DNA of 32,000 nt from Candidatus Saccharimonadota bacterium. GTDB taxonomy: Bacteria; Patescibacteriota; Saccharimonadia; Saccharimonadales; Saccharimonadaceae. Shown in pieces: positions 16,319 to 24,959 of this stretch. Position numbers and translations under genes: made by a program. Every line of letters starts with the position of its first letter. The first letter of the stretch is position 1. The notes beneath the pieces were generated by a model. It was not told the origin of the DNA and ran no database searches. It worked only from the letters and a program-made list of their open reading frames with translations. The DNA is taken from contig DIRZ01000001.1 of assembly GCA_002421785.1 (NCBI GenBank), positions 150,001-182,000 of the forward strand, read 5' to 3'.

Positions 16319-17392
16319 ATGCCAAAGATAAGTCTCAACATCGCCGATCTCCAAGCCGAAAAACAAGCCCTCGGTGATTTTTTGGCACGCCCCGATGCCT
16401 ACAACGATCCCGAATTCGGTACCAAAAACCGACGACTCTCCGAGCTAGAAGACGTCATTACAAAGGCCCAAGAGCGCGAAACACTCGAGAGTAACCTTGT
16501 GGATGCACGTGATCTCGCAAACGGCGGTGACGAGCTGGCTGAGCTCGCAAAGGCCGAAATCATCGAAAGCGAGGCACGTCTTGCTGAGCTTGAAAATGAG
16601 CTTTTCATTATGCTAACCCCCAAGGACCCTAATGATGAAAAAAACATCATCATGGAAATTCGTGCGGGAGCGGGTGGCGATGAAGCGAGTCTCTTCGCTG
16701 CCGAACTTTACCGTATGTATCTCCGCTACTGCGAAGCGACCGGCTACCGTACAGAACTGATGAGTGAAAGTGCTAATGACACGGGCGGCTACAAAGAAGT
16801 TATCTTTTCTATTAAGGGCGATGCTCCCTACGCGCGGCTCAAATTCGAAAGTGGCGTTCACCGCGTCCAGCGCGTGCCCGCAACAGAGTCCCAGGGTCGA
16901 ATTCATACCAGCACCGTGACCGTTGCAGTGCTGCCCGAAGCCGAAGAAACAGATATCGCCATTAACGCCAATGACCTCCGCATCGATGTCTTCCGCAGTG
17001 GCGGCCATGGCGGGCAAAGCGTCAACACTACCGATAGCGCCGTCCGCATTACTCACCTGCCTAGCGGTATGGTCGTCACCAACCAAGACGAAAAGTCCCA
17101 GATAAAGAACAAAGAGAAAGCCATGAGCATCCTCCGTGCCCGCCTGCTGCAACAGAAGATTAACGAGGAAACCGCCAAACTAACAGCCGAACGCCGTGGG
17201 CTCATCGGTAGCGGTGACCGAAGCGAGAAAATTCGTACGTACAACTTCCCGCAGGATCGCATTACGGACCACCGCATCGGCTACAGCCGCAGCAATATCC
17301 CCGTGGCTATGAATGGTGATATTAGTGATATTATCGAGCATCTGCAGAGTTATGAGCGTGAGCTAAAAGCCCAGGGCGCAAGCGAGGCCTAG
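16319..17392 (+). CDS. prfA: peptide chain release factor 1
   Basis: 357 aa. Has the GGQ motif ([12 protein letters not shown]) and the PAT tripeptide ([14 protein letters not shown]) diagnostic of RF1. Confidence 0.95.
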   Translation: MPKISLNIADLQAEKQALGDFLARPDAYNDPEFGTKNRRLSELEDVITKAQERETLESNLVDARDLANGGDELAELAKAEIIESEARLAELENELFIMLTPKDPNDEKNIIMEIRAGAGGDEASLFAAELYRMYLRYCEATGYRTELMSESANDTGGYKEVIFSIKGDAPYARLKFESGVHRVQRVPATESQGRIHTSTVTVAVLPEAEETDIAINANDLRIDVFRSGGHGGQSVNTTDSAVRITHLPSGMVVTNQDEKSQIKNKEKAMSILRARLLQQKINEETAKLTAERRGLIGSGDRSEKIRTYNFPQDRITDHRIGYSRSNIPVAMNGDISDIIEHLQSYERELKAQGASEA

Positions 17393-18198
17393 TGATTATT
17401 CGCATTTGGATACGCGACGCCGCCGAGCAGCTGGCCAATGCTGGCATTACAAGCGCCCTACTCGATGCTGAAATTATATTAGCGCACACACTGCGCAAAA
17501 GCCGCACGTGGCTGCACGCTCATGATAATGAGTCGGTACTACCACGGGAGCTCGAAATCGCGAACGCGCGACTCGACTTGCGACTCGACCGCACCCCTAT
17601 CGCGTACATCGTTGGCCACAAATGGTTTTACGGCCGATTGTTTAAAGTGTCGCCCGCGACACTTATCCCACGTCCTGAATCTGAAGTGTTAATTGAACTA
17701 TTGAGCACATATATTACTCAGGGGGTGAAGACCCTTATTGACGTCGGAACTGGCTCGGGTTGCCTGGGAATTACCGCAAAACTGGAATATCCCCATCTGA
17801 CCGTCACGCTCAGCGACATTAGCCGCCACGCCCTCAGCGTCGCTGCCACCAATGCCGCCACTCTCCACGCAGACGTAGCACTACTTCGCAGCGATTTGCT
17901 CGATACAACCCCCCACTACTACGATATTATCCTTGCCAACCTACCCTACGTGGATCGCACATGGGAACGGTCGCCAGAAACCAATTATGAACCCGAACTG
18001 GCACTTTTCGCTGACAAAAACGGCATTGCACTCATACAAAAACTTATAGCCCAAGCGTTCCCAAGGCTGCGCAGCGCCGGCCTTCTGATTCTTGAAGCCG
18101 ACCCTTACCAGCACCCGCGCCTTATAAAACTCGCCGAATCAGGCGGGTTTCAGCACATAGAAACCAAGGGGTACGGCCTCGTCTTCCGCAAACCCTAA
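17392..18198 (+). CDS. prmC: release factor glutamine N5-methyltransferase PrmC/HemK
   Basis: GTG start overlapping the prfA TAG by 1 nt. SAM-binding motif LIDVGTGSGCLG. The catalytic tetrapeptide reads NLPY instead of the usual NPPY. Confidence 0.9.
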   Translation: MIIRIWIRDAAEQLANAGITSALLDAEIILAHTLRKSRTWLHAHDNESVLPRELEIANARLDLRLDRTPIAYIVGHKWFYGRLFKVSPATLIPRPESEVLIELLSTYITQGVKTLIDVGTGSGCLGITAKLEYPHLTVTLSDISRHALSVAATNAATLHADVALLRSDLLDTTPHYYDIILANLPYVDRTWERSPETNYEPELALFADKNGIALIQKLIAQAFPRLRSAGLLILEADPYQHPRLIKLAESGGFQHIETKGYGLVFRKP

Positions 18199-19337
18199 TC
18201 GCTGTAGGCTTCTAGTGTTGCCTTTAGCGTCAGTTCACGCCCATCGCGCAACACAAGCAAGGAGACGGTATCTCCAGGGGCATACTCACCAATCAAACTT
18301 GATACGCCACCCTGTGGCCCAACCGTCATGTTGTTTACCTTCTTAATGATATCCTTTTCACGAAGCCCGGCTTTGTCGGCAGGACTACCGGGAAGCACTC
18401 CGGGCCTACCTTCGGCGCCAACAATATAAGCACCCTGAGTCACGGATACCTTATATTGCTTTGCAACATCAGGGGTTAATGTGACATACCTCAGTCCTAG
18501 GTAAGAACGCTCCACCCCCTTGCCAGCGAGCACTTGCTTCAAAGCACCCTTTGTCGCGTTTATTGGGATAGCAAAACCAATACCTTGCGCATTTGCGGCA
18601 ACCGCAGTGTTCACACCGATCACTTGCCCGCTGCGGTTAAGTAAGGGCCCGCCAGAATTTCCGGGGTTAATGGCAGCATCCGTCTGCAGCAGATCCGTGA
18701 GGGATTCTGTCTCACCTGTTCCTTCGCTGCCAGCGGTAATCGGACGGCCCTTTCCCGAAATAATACCGCTTGTTACTGTCGTCTGATACTGTCCGAGAGA
18801 GTTACCGATTGCCACCACCTCTTGGCCAACACGCGTCGTTGCTGAGTCGCCTAGCTCTGCGGGGCTTAGATTATTCACACCATTTATTTTAAGGAACGCG
18901 ATATCATTCAGCGGATCAGAACCCACGACTGTCACATTCGTGTACGATGTGCCGTTCGACAAAACCACCTCTACCTTATCTGCACCACTCACAACGTGCT
19001 TGTTCGTTAATACGTAGCCATCTTTACTCACAATAATGCCCGTTCCCGCGGCCTCTCCCTGCGCAGCTCCAAAGATTGTTTGCGTCGTTACGTTTGTCAC
19101 AATCGATACAACACTTGGCGACACGTTTTCTGCGATACTCGTAATAATCTCTTCGTTGGTCGTTGTCTGTAAATTACCGTCGGTCTGAGGAACGTTACGC
19201 TCCGCAAGTGGCGCGCTATTCGTATACGTCATATACCAATACAATGCACTAGCAACCACTATACCAAGGGCCACAAGCACTCCAATCATCTTAGCTTTTG
19301 CCATAGACTTAGATCGATTCTTCTTCGCGTCGTTCAT
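18195..19337 (-). CDS. htrA: HtrA/DegP-family serine protease (S1C) with one PDZ domain and an N-terminal membrane anchor
   Basis: Start re-called to ATG 19337 (AGGAGG SD upstream). Catalytic triad contexts TNKHVV, NDIAFLKI and GNSGGPLLN. PDZ segment GSPADKAGLREKDII. Confidence 0.9.
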   Translation of the reverse strand: MNDAKKNRSKSMAKAKMIGVLVALGIVVASALYWYMTYTNSAPLAERNVPQTDGNLQTTTNEEIITSIAENVSPSVVSIVTNVTTQTIFGAAQGEAAGTGIIVSKDGYVLTNKHVVSGADKVEVVLSNGTSYTNVTVVGSDPLNDIAFLKINGVNNLSPAELGDSATTRVGQEVVAIGNSLGQYQTTVTSGIISGKGRPITAGSEGTGETESLTDLLQTDAAINPGNSGGPLLNRSGQVIGVNTAVAANAQGIGFAIPINATKGALKQVLAGKGVERSYLGLRYVTLTPDVAKQYKVSVTQGAYIVGAEGRPGVLPGSPADKAGLREKDIIKKVNNMTVGPQGGVSSLIGEYAPGDTVSLLVLRDGRELTLKATLEAYSD

Positions 19338-19353
19338 TTTTATCCCTCCTTTT

Positions 19354-20133
19354 TTACAATGCGTCTGTGCCATTAATAATCGCGAACACATAGGTCGCAA
19401 CCATAATACCTATCGTCAGCAGAATGGGCATAATGACATCGGAACGGCGCACAGCGCCATGTTTGTGATAACTTGCGTATGCGCGCTCTGCGATAAAGCT
19501 ATAGAGCGTTATGAATAACGCAAGCTGTGAGAACTGAATAAGCTGGAACCCGGGAATAGGATAAGCCATCAAGTAGTGGAAGCCAATCCAGCCCATTTCA
19601 GCAAAAATTGCGCCCGAAACCAAGCTGTAAATATGCGTGTGGGGCTCTTCATAGCTCCCCAGCACATGACGAGTTGAAACAAACCCAATCACCCACATGG
19701 CCAGAACAAATAGGAAGGCGTCCCACGAAAATGAGACCATAGATAGCGCCGTAATTCCCAGAAAAATCGCACATCCAGCCTGCACAGCAACGTATGAACG
19801 CCGTGAACGCGGCTTAATGAAGAGCAGCCAAACGATATAAAGTAATGTAATGGCAAACTGCAGCCACTGCGCACCTGATGCGCCGCAAAGGAGTACCACA
19901 ATGCTGACGCCGACGATAATGTCGACCATATTCGCTACCAGGTTAGCGAACCAGAAACGTGGACGAACCGCCAGGGCGCGCCACTTACTCATCAGCACCA
20001 CGGCAAATGCTAGCCATGGAGACTGCACTGCTAACACGATAACAAGAAGCGTCACCGCCAGTCCGACATTCAGAGCAATATAAGCTGACTCGCTTAGTCG
20101 TGTTCGTCGTTTGTGTGCTTTCAACAAATCCAT
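19354..20133 (-). CDS. hypothetical polytopic membrane protein
   Basis: 259 aa with about 7-8 hydrophobic helices. No motif recognised. Lies between the LCP gene and htrA. Confidence 0.7.
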   Translation of the reverse strand: MDLLKAHKRRTRLSESAYIALNVGLAVTLLVIVLAVQSPWLAFAVVLMSKWRALAVRPRFWFANLVANMVDIIVGVSIVVLLCGASGAQWLQFAITLLYIVWLLFIKPRSRRSYVAVQAGCAIFLGITALSMVSFSWDAFLFVLAMWVIGFVSTRHVLGSYEEPHTHIYSLVSGAIFAEMGWIGFHYLMAYPIPGFQLIQFSQLALFITLYSFIAERAYASYHKHGAVRRSDVIMPILLTIGIMVATYVFAIINGTDAL

Positions 20134-20145
20134 ATACTGTCCCGT

Positions 20146-20154
20146 ATTATACCA
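20146..20154 (-). promoter_or_regulatory. candidate extended -10 promoter (TGGTATAAT) 12 nt upstream of the membrane-protein ATG
   Basis: Minus strand reads TGGTATAAT-ACGGGACAGTAT-ATG with no SD. Lies just after the LCP gene stop. Confidence 0.45.
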
Positions 20155-20157
20155 CAG

Positions 20158-21825
20158 TTACTGCGTCGATTCACTGCCGGCCGGAGGGTCGACGATAATC
20201 AACACGAAGTCGGTTGTTCCGAGGACAGTAACCGGAAGTTCCGTCGTCCGTACGACAGCCCCATACGTCTGCGTCAACTTTGCAAGCGACAGCGGCTGCT
20301 TTTTAGTTGGATCAACCTGGTACAGAATATTTTTCGTATAGGTTCCGCTCGCCGGAGCGTTATCGACATCATCAATCTCCATCCCAAGCGCCATCAATTT
20401 GTCTGCCTCTGTTTGCGCGACACCGGACACTCCAGATGCATTCAGCACGATAACATGTGCTTCTTCGCGCGACAATGGACTCGAGTTGAGTGATTTTTTA
20501 ATGAATGCCTGTATCTGAGTAAAGTTGTATCGACCAGCGAGCGGTTGCGCATCGCCACCTACCAAATCGTTATCGATGAGGCTGATACTTTGGATTGCCG
20601 TTGATGGGATATCAGTCCCTAGCGTCATAAGTGTTCGTATTTCACTTGTATCAAAGTTGGTACGCAGATTATTGCCCAGCGCATCAACAAGCCCCGTCAC
20701 CTTACCAAAATTCGTTAGCGTCCCAGTACTCATCGCTTTGTCCTTGATTGCTACCAAAATCTTTTGCTGATTCTTTTCTCGTTCAAAGTTTGAGTTAGGG
20801 AATCCCCAGTTTTCCGCATCCCCACGCGCCTGCGCCAGATATAGTGCGTGCTCTGCGTCAAGCTCGACTGGTCCGTTTGGATAATCGATAAAGTGTCCTC
20901 GTGGCGGACAGTTTTTTATACGCTTCGCATACGTATCGCCGCACTTCCAGTCAAAATTGGCATCCATTTGCCCCCTCGGATCAGGACTTTCAATCGTTAC
21001 AGTAATACCACCAAGAGCCTTGACGACGTCGCGCATCACCGTATAGTTCACGTGCACACTGTACTGAATATCCAACCCCACGATATCACCAAAGAACTTG
21101 CGCGACTCCGCCTGGCGCTCGTCTTCCGCAGACGCACTATCCCAATCGTCGTTCACACACTGGAAGAATGCATTTACTTTACCTGCATAGCCAGGCAAAC
21201 ACGCTTGACCATATTTTGCCTCGAGGTCTCGGGGAATACTAATCATATAGGCATTCTTATTCTTCTGATCCACACTCAGCACCATAATCGAGTCCGTAAG
21301 GTGCGCGCCCTCATGCCCCGGGTCATCTTCAGAGGTACCGAGAATCAAGATATTACTTCGTCCGTTGGCGTCCATTTTTAGTTCTTTTTGCTGAATGAGA
21401 CCGAATACGTCACCTTTAAATACTGATCCGCCGGCAATCAATGCTTTCACTCCCAGCCAGCCCGCCATCACCACGCCCACGAGCAGCAGTAATAAAATAA
21501 TTCGCTTAACGATTTTGCCCCGACCCGGTCGCCCACCCCGACGGGGGTTGCGTCGTGGAGTCTGCTTTTCAGCGTCGATATCACGAAGTGATTCGTCGAT
21601 ATCTGATCGTACGCTTGGCTGGGGACGCGAAAGTCCGCTGGTTGTTGGGGTAAGGGCGTTTGTCGTTATCGATTCGCGCGTATCTACAGGAGCAAGCGGC
21701 TCATGACGAACAAGCCCAGACACATCAGGGCGAGGTAGTGTCCTCCTGTCATGAACATGATGCTCCCCGATTACCCCCGGTGAGCGTCTAGGAATAAAGC
21801 CGTCGACTGATGGTTGTTTTGCCAT
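20158..21825 (-). CDS. LytR-CpsA-Psr (LCP) family cell-envelope glycopolymer transferase with C-terminal LytR_C-like domain
   Basis: 555 aa. Pro/Arg-rich cytoplasmic N-terminus, one TM helix (IILLLLLVGVVMAGWLGV), an LCP core (ILILGTSEDD...HLTDSIMVLSV...ISIPRDL) and a C-terminal VIVLNASGVSGVAQTEADKL domain. Confidence 0.85.
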   Translation of the reverse strand: MAKQPSVDGFIPRRSPGVIGEHHVHDRRTLPRPDVSGLVRHEPLAPVDTRESITTNALTPTTSGLSRPQPSVRSDIDESLRDIDAEKQTPRRNPRRGGRPGRGKIVKRIILLLLLVGVVMAGWLGVKALIAGGSVFKGDVFGLIQQKELKMDANGRSNILILGTSEDDPGHEGAHLTDSIMVLSVDQKNKNAYMISIPRDLEAKYGQACLPGYAGKVNAFFQCVNDDWDSASAEDERQAESRKFFGDIVGLDIQYSVHVNYTVMRDVVKALGGITVTIESPDPRGQMDANFDWKCGDTYAKRIKNCPPRGHFIDYPNGPVELDAEHALYLAQARGDAENWGFPNSNFEREKNQQKILVAIKDKAMSTGTLTNFGKVTGLVDALGNNLRTNFDTSEIRTLMTLGTDIPSTAIQSISLIDNDLVGGDAQPLAGRYNFTQIQAFIKKSLNSSPLSREEAHVIVLNASGVSGVAQTEADKLMALGMEIDDVDNAPASGTYTKNILYQVDPTKKQPLSLAKLTQTYGAVVRTTELPVTVLGTTDFVLIIVDPPAGSESTQ

Positions 21826-21884
21826 ATACTCCCATCACTATATCCGATTTGAGCCGAAAATGGAACGTTTGCGCTCATGTCTTT

Positions 21885-21913
21885 TTGTATTTCCACCCAC
21901 GTAGCTGTATAGT
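21885..21913 (+). promoter_or_regulatory. sigma70-type promoter of lepB (leaderless configuration)
   Basis: TTGTAT (21885-21890), 17-nt spacer, TATAGT (21908-21913), then 7 nt to ATG 21921. A divergent TATAGT for the LCP gene lies on the minus strand at 21837-21842, 11 nt before ATG 21825. Confidence 0.5.
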
Positions 21914-21920
21914 AGAAGGA

Positions 21921-22532
21921 ATGGAAGCAGGCTTTCTTGATCGCCACCCTCACGTACGAGACATACTCAATTTTTTTGTGTTTATTGTCATCGTCTTCAT
22001 TGGCACAGTCATCATCAACACTTTCGTGTTCCGTAGCTTTTCCGTTTCCGGTCATAGCATGGATTACACTCTTCACGACGGCGAACGACTCATCGTCAAC
22101 CGCATCCCCCTAACAGTCGACCAGTTACAAAATAAAACCTACCAGCCCGATCGAGGTCAGATTATTGTTTTCAAGAATCCGCGCTTTGTTCAGGGAGACC
22201 GCGACGAATATATCGTCAAACGAGTTATCGCCTTTGCCGGCGAACGCGTTACTGTAACCGACGGCGTACTAACTGTCTTCAACGCCGAGCACCCGGACGG
22301 CTTTCAGCCTGATGAAGCCTACCGAAAGGATGGCTACGGTCCGCAATCACCTTCTAGTGGCGAAGGGACGGATATGATTGTCCCTGATGGCACTATTTTT
22401 GTGAGCGGCGACAACAGAATAGGCACAAACTCCTACGATTCACGCACTGGCCTTGGCACTATCCCGCTTTTTGACGTTGTTGGGCCAGTATCACTGCGCA
22501 TATGGCCAGTAACCAAATTCAGCGCGTTCTAA
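21921..22532 (+). CDS. lepB: signal peptidase I
   Basis: Start re-called to ATG 21921 (MEAGFLDRHP...). TM anchor, catalytic Ser box VSGHSMDYTL, Lys box KRVIAFAGERV and GDNRIGTNSYDSR box. Confidence 0.9.
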   Translation: MEAGFLDRHPHVRDILNFFVFIVIVFIGTVIINTFVFRSFSVSGHSMDYTLHDGERLIVNRIPLTVDQLQNKTYQPDRGQIIVFKNPRFVQGDRDEYIVKRVIAFAGERVTVTDGVLTVFNAEHPDGFQPDEAYRKDGYGPQSPSSGEGTDMIVPDGTIFVSGDNRIGTNSYDSRTGLGTIPLFDVVGPVSLRIWPVTKFSAF

Positions 22533-23410
22533 CCAAGCAGTTTTGAAATACGCTGGAACTCGCTGTCATTTTTGAATTTAATGACAATTTGTCCCGCGCC
22601 TTTTGCGCTCGTACGAATCTCAACTGGTGCAGCAAATCGCTTCTGAAGGAGCGACGTCTCGCTAGTATATTTAGCTGGCCTTGCTGTTGGCTTCTCGGGT
22701 GACGCCTCACCCTGCTTTTTCAATCGAGCGATGTATTGCTCAACTGCGCGCGAACTCCACTCTTCCTTTAGGATAACCGGCAGTAGCTTTTCGATCGTCG
22801 CCTCGTCGACATTCACCAGTGGCCTTGCCTGCCCCTCATGTAATCGCCCGTCTGCTAGCGCTTCGCGTACAATCACGGGAAGCCGTAAGAGCCGTAGCGT
22901 GTTGCTGACGGCAGCAACCGATTTACCGCCCACTCGTTGCCCGATCTGATCGAGCGTTAAGTTAAACTGATCGCGTAGTTTCAAATATGCCGTGGCTGTT
23001 TCTAGCACGTTCAAATCACGTCGTTGCAAATTTTCAATCAGTGATAGCTCGAGCTTATGCTGATTGGTGAGAGTACGTACAAGTGCGGGAATCTTATCGA
23101 GTCCTGCGCGCTTGGCGGCGTGGAATCGGCGCTCACCAGCAACAATCATATAGCCGTTCTCATGAGGCGTCACTACAATTGGCTGCAGTATACCGTGTTC
23201 ACGAATAGATTCTGCGAGCTCCTCAAGTGACACTTCCTCGAAGGTCCTCCGTGGCTGATCTGGGTCCGGCGTAATTTGCTCGAGCTTCAAGTGCCGCAAA
23301 TCGCTGACCTGCTCATCTTGCGCTGCCGTCGGGTCGAATTCTTCGTCAAGCAGTTCAGTAGGTATTAATGAGTCAAAGCCTCGACCGAGGCCCATTTTTT
23401 TAGCCGACAC
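22529..23410 (-). CDS. parB: chromosome partitioning protein ParB
   Basis: The ORF-track start is TTG 23416. GTG 23410 lies 9 nt after a strong AAGGAGG SD and gives MSAKKMGLGRGFDSLIP, a typical ParB N-terminus. ParB box GERRFHAAKRAG and HTH region are present. Confidence 0.9.
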   Translation of the reverse strand: MSAKKMGLGRGFDSLIPTELLDEEFDPTAAQDEQVSDLRHLKLEQITPDPDQPRRTFEEVSLEELAESIREHGILQPIVVTPHENGYMIVAGERRFHAAKRAGLDKIPALVRTLTNQHKLELSLIENLQRRDLNVLETATAYLKLRDQFNLTLDQIGQRVGGKSVAAVSNTLRLLRLPVIVREALADGRLHEGQARPLVNVDEATIEKLLPVILKEEWSSRAVEQYIARLKKQGEASPEKPTARPAKYTSETSLLQKRFAAPVEIRTSAKGAGQIVIKFKNDSEFQRISKLLG

Positions 23411-24164
23411 GTTCAATCACCTCCTTGGTTACAGCCTTGTATGCGCGTGCGCCTTTGCTAAATCGATCATACACACCGATAGGCACGCCATGGCTTGGCG
23501 CTTCAGCCAAGCGGACATTGCGTGGAATGGTATTCTTAAATACCTTCGCTGGGAAATGTTTACTAATTTCAGCAAGCACCTGGCTCGAAAGCGAAGTGCG
23601 GCTATCAACCATGGTCGGCAGGACACCCACCAAATCAAGTGTCGGGTTGAGATTCTTGCGAATCAGCTTCATGGTCTCAAGCAGCTGCCCTAGCCCCTCG
23701 AGCGCGTAAAACTCCGCCTGTACGGGCAATAGCACATAACGCGCCGCAATAAGCCCATTCACGGTGAGCAGGCTCAAGCTCGGTGGACTATCGATGATAA
23801 TAAAGTCAAATTCCCTTGGGCAGTTCTGAATAGCAAATTTAAGCCGACTAAAGCGATGGTTCGCCTGAGCAAGCTCCACCTCGGTATTCGCAAGTGTGGG
23901 GGTCGACGGAGCTAGCCACAAATCCTTGTGCTCAGTTGCAATAATTACGTCCGCGAGCTGCTTTTCGTTCAGCACGACATCCGCCATCGTTGCTTCAAGC
24001 GACTGCTTGTCAACACCGAGCCCGCTCGTCGCATTTCCTTGAGGGTCAAAATCAATCAGTAGCGTGCGTTTGCCCATTTTCGACAGATAGTAAGCAATGT
24101 TAATCGACGATGTCGTCTTGCCCACGCCGCCCTTTTGATTTGTCACTGCAATAATTGTTGACAC
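23400..24164 (-). CDS. parA: chromosome partitioning ATPase ParA/Soj
   Basis: 254 aa with a GTG start. Deviant Walker A motif NQKGGVGKTT. Full-length Soj-like similarity. Confidence 0.95.
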   Translation of the reverse strand: MSTIIAVTNQKGGVGKTTSSINIAYYLSKMGKRTLLIDFDPQGNATSGLGVDKQSLEATMADVVLNEKQLADVIIATEHKDLWLAPSTPTLANTEVELAQANHRFSRLKFAIQNCPREFDFIIIDSPPSLSLLTVNGLIAARYVLLPVQAEFYALEGLGQLLETMKLIRKNLNPTLDLVGVLPTMVDSRTSLSSQVLAEISKHFPAKVFKNTIPRNVRLAEAPSHGVPIGVYDRFSKGARAYKAVTKEVIERVG

Positions 24165-24192
24165 TACTATTTATTTCCCCTTATTTATTCCC

Positions 24193-24198
24193 ATTATA
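24193..24198 (-). promoter_or_regulatory. candidate -10 box (TATAAT) upstream of parA
   Basis: Minus strand has a perfect TATAAT about 29 nt upstream of the parA GTG, downstream of the rplU terminator. Weak -35. Confidence 0.4.
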
Positions 24199-24237
24199 CT
24201 ACACCATGAGCATATTTGTTTTCACGGGGCTACAAAC

Positions 24238-24260
24238 AAAAACCCGCCTGTGCGGCGGGG
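24238..24260 (-). terminator. rho-independent terminator downstream of rplU
   Basis: Minus strand reads CCCGCC-GCACA-GGCGGG followed by TTTTTGTTTG. Confidence 0.7.
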
Positions 24261-24267
24261 TTCTTGG

Positions 24268-24573
24268 CTATTTGATTGAAGTAACTTCGATTTTTGTATA
24301 CTTCTGGCGGTGGCCCGTTTGGGTGTTCACGCGTTTTTTACTCTTGTATCGAATAATACGGAGCTTTTCGCCTGCGACCTTAGGGTCAACAACTTTTGCT
24401 TTAAGCTTTACGCCCTTGACTACAGGTGTACCAACAGTGACATTGTCACCATCAATCACCATGAGTACGTCGAGATCGAGCTCTTTTGTGCCTTCAGGGA
24501 GGAGGTCCACCATGAGGGTCTCTTTTTCAGCAACAACATATTGCTTGCCACTGATTTTCACGACTGCTTTCAT
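24268..24573 (-). CDS. rplU: 50S ribosomal protein L21
   Basis: 101 aa. MKAVVKISGKQYVVAEKETL matches the canonical L21 N-terminus. AAGGAAA SD upstream. Confidence 0.95.
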   Translation of the reverse strand: MKAVVKISGKQYVVAEKETLMVDLLPEGTKELDLDVLMVIDGDNVTVGTPVVKGVKLKAKVVDPKVAGEKLRIIRYKSKKRVNTQTGHRQKYTKIEVTSIK

Positions 24574-24606
24574 ATATTTCCTTGATTATTAACGTTTCAA
24601 CTAATT

Positions 24607-24635
24607 ATTGTAACAGAGACGTGGGCCTTTTTCAA
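24607..24635 (-). promoter_or_regulatory. sigma70-type promoter of rplU
   Basis: Minus strand reads TTGAAA (24630-24635), 17-nt spacer, TACAAT (24607-24612). Confidence 0.55.
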
Positions 24636-24651
24636 GCCCATACCTCGCCTG

Positions 24652-24897
24652 CTAGTCTTCGGCGAAATCAAACCAATCTGGGTCTTTTTTCAAATCATCT
24701 TCGACCGTTGTCCAAAAATCATCAAGCCCCTGAACATCCGGCGTGTTATCAAGAGTCCAGTTTGCATCATCATGATCGTGCTCAATTGCCCCTATGAGCT
24801 CATCACTCTCACTGCGCACCGGACTTAACTCAAGGTGAGAGGTAGAATGCAGCTGGTGCGGAACGGGGAGATGAAAGTTATGATTTATTTTTAACAT
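24652..24897 (-). CDS. hypothetical small protein, His-rich N-terminus and very acidic Trp/Asp-rich C-terminus
   Basis: 81-aa ORF with a single ATG and no SD. A candidate promoter lies on the minus strand: TTGACT (24949-24954), 17-nt spacer, TTAAAT (24926-31). Coding status rests on ORF length only. Confidence 0.5.
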   Translation of the reverse strand: MLKINHNFHLPVPHQLHSTSHLELSPVRSESDELIGAIEHDHDDANWTLDNTPDVQGLDDFWTTVEDDLKKDPDWFDFAED

Positions 24898-24959
24898 GTG
24901 TTTGTTTTCTACTATTCCTAATAGTATTTAAGCACAAACACTACAAAAAGTCAAGAGAA

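Noticed and set aside
19338-19400. N-terminal extension of the htrA ORF and similar track extensions (lepB 21810-21920, CPBP TTG 11130, parB TTG 23416, small acidic ORF 1275-1310)
   Set aside because: These extensions overlap upstream genes or lack an SD. The internal starts have strong SDs or homology-supported N-termini.
24215-24240. parS-like sequence near parAB (TTTGTTTTCACGGGGCTACAAACAAA) and TTTCACGTG inside ileS (27501-27509)
   Set aside because: Only half-site resemblance to the TGTTTCACGTGAAACA consensus. No full 16-bp palindrome was found in the window, so no parS is called.
24621-24640. Weak hairpin TGGGC-N9-GCCCA downstream of the 81-aa ORF as a terminator
   Set aside because: The stem is only 5 bp with a 9-nt loop and no following U-run on the minus strand. 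It also overlaps the rplU -35 box.
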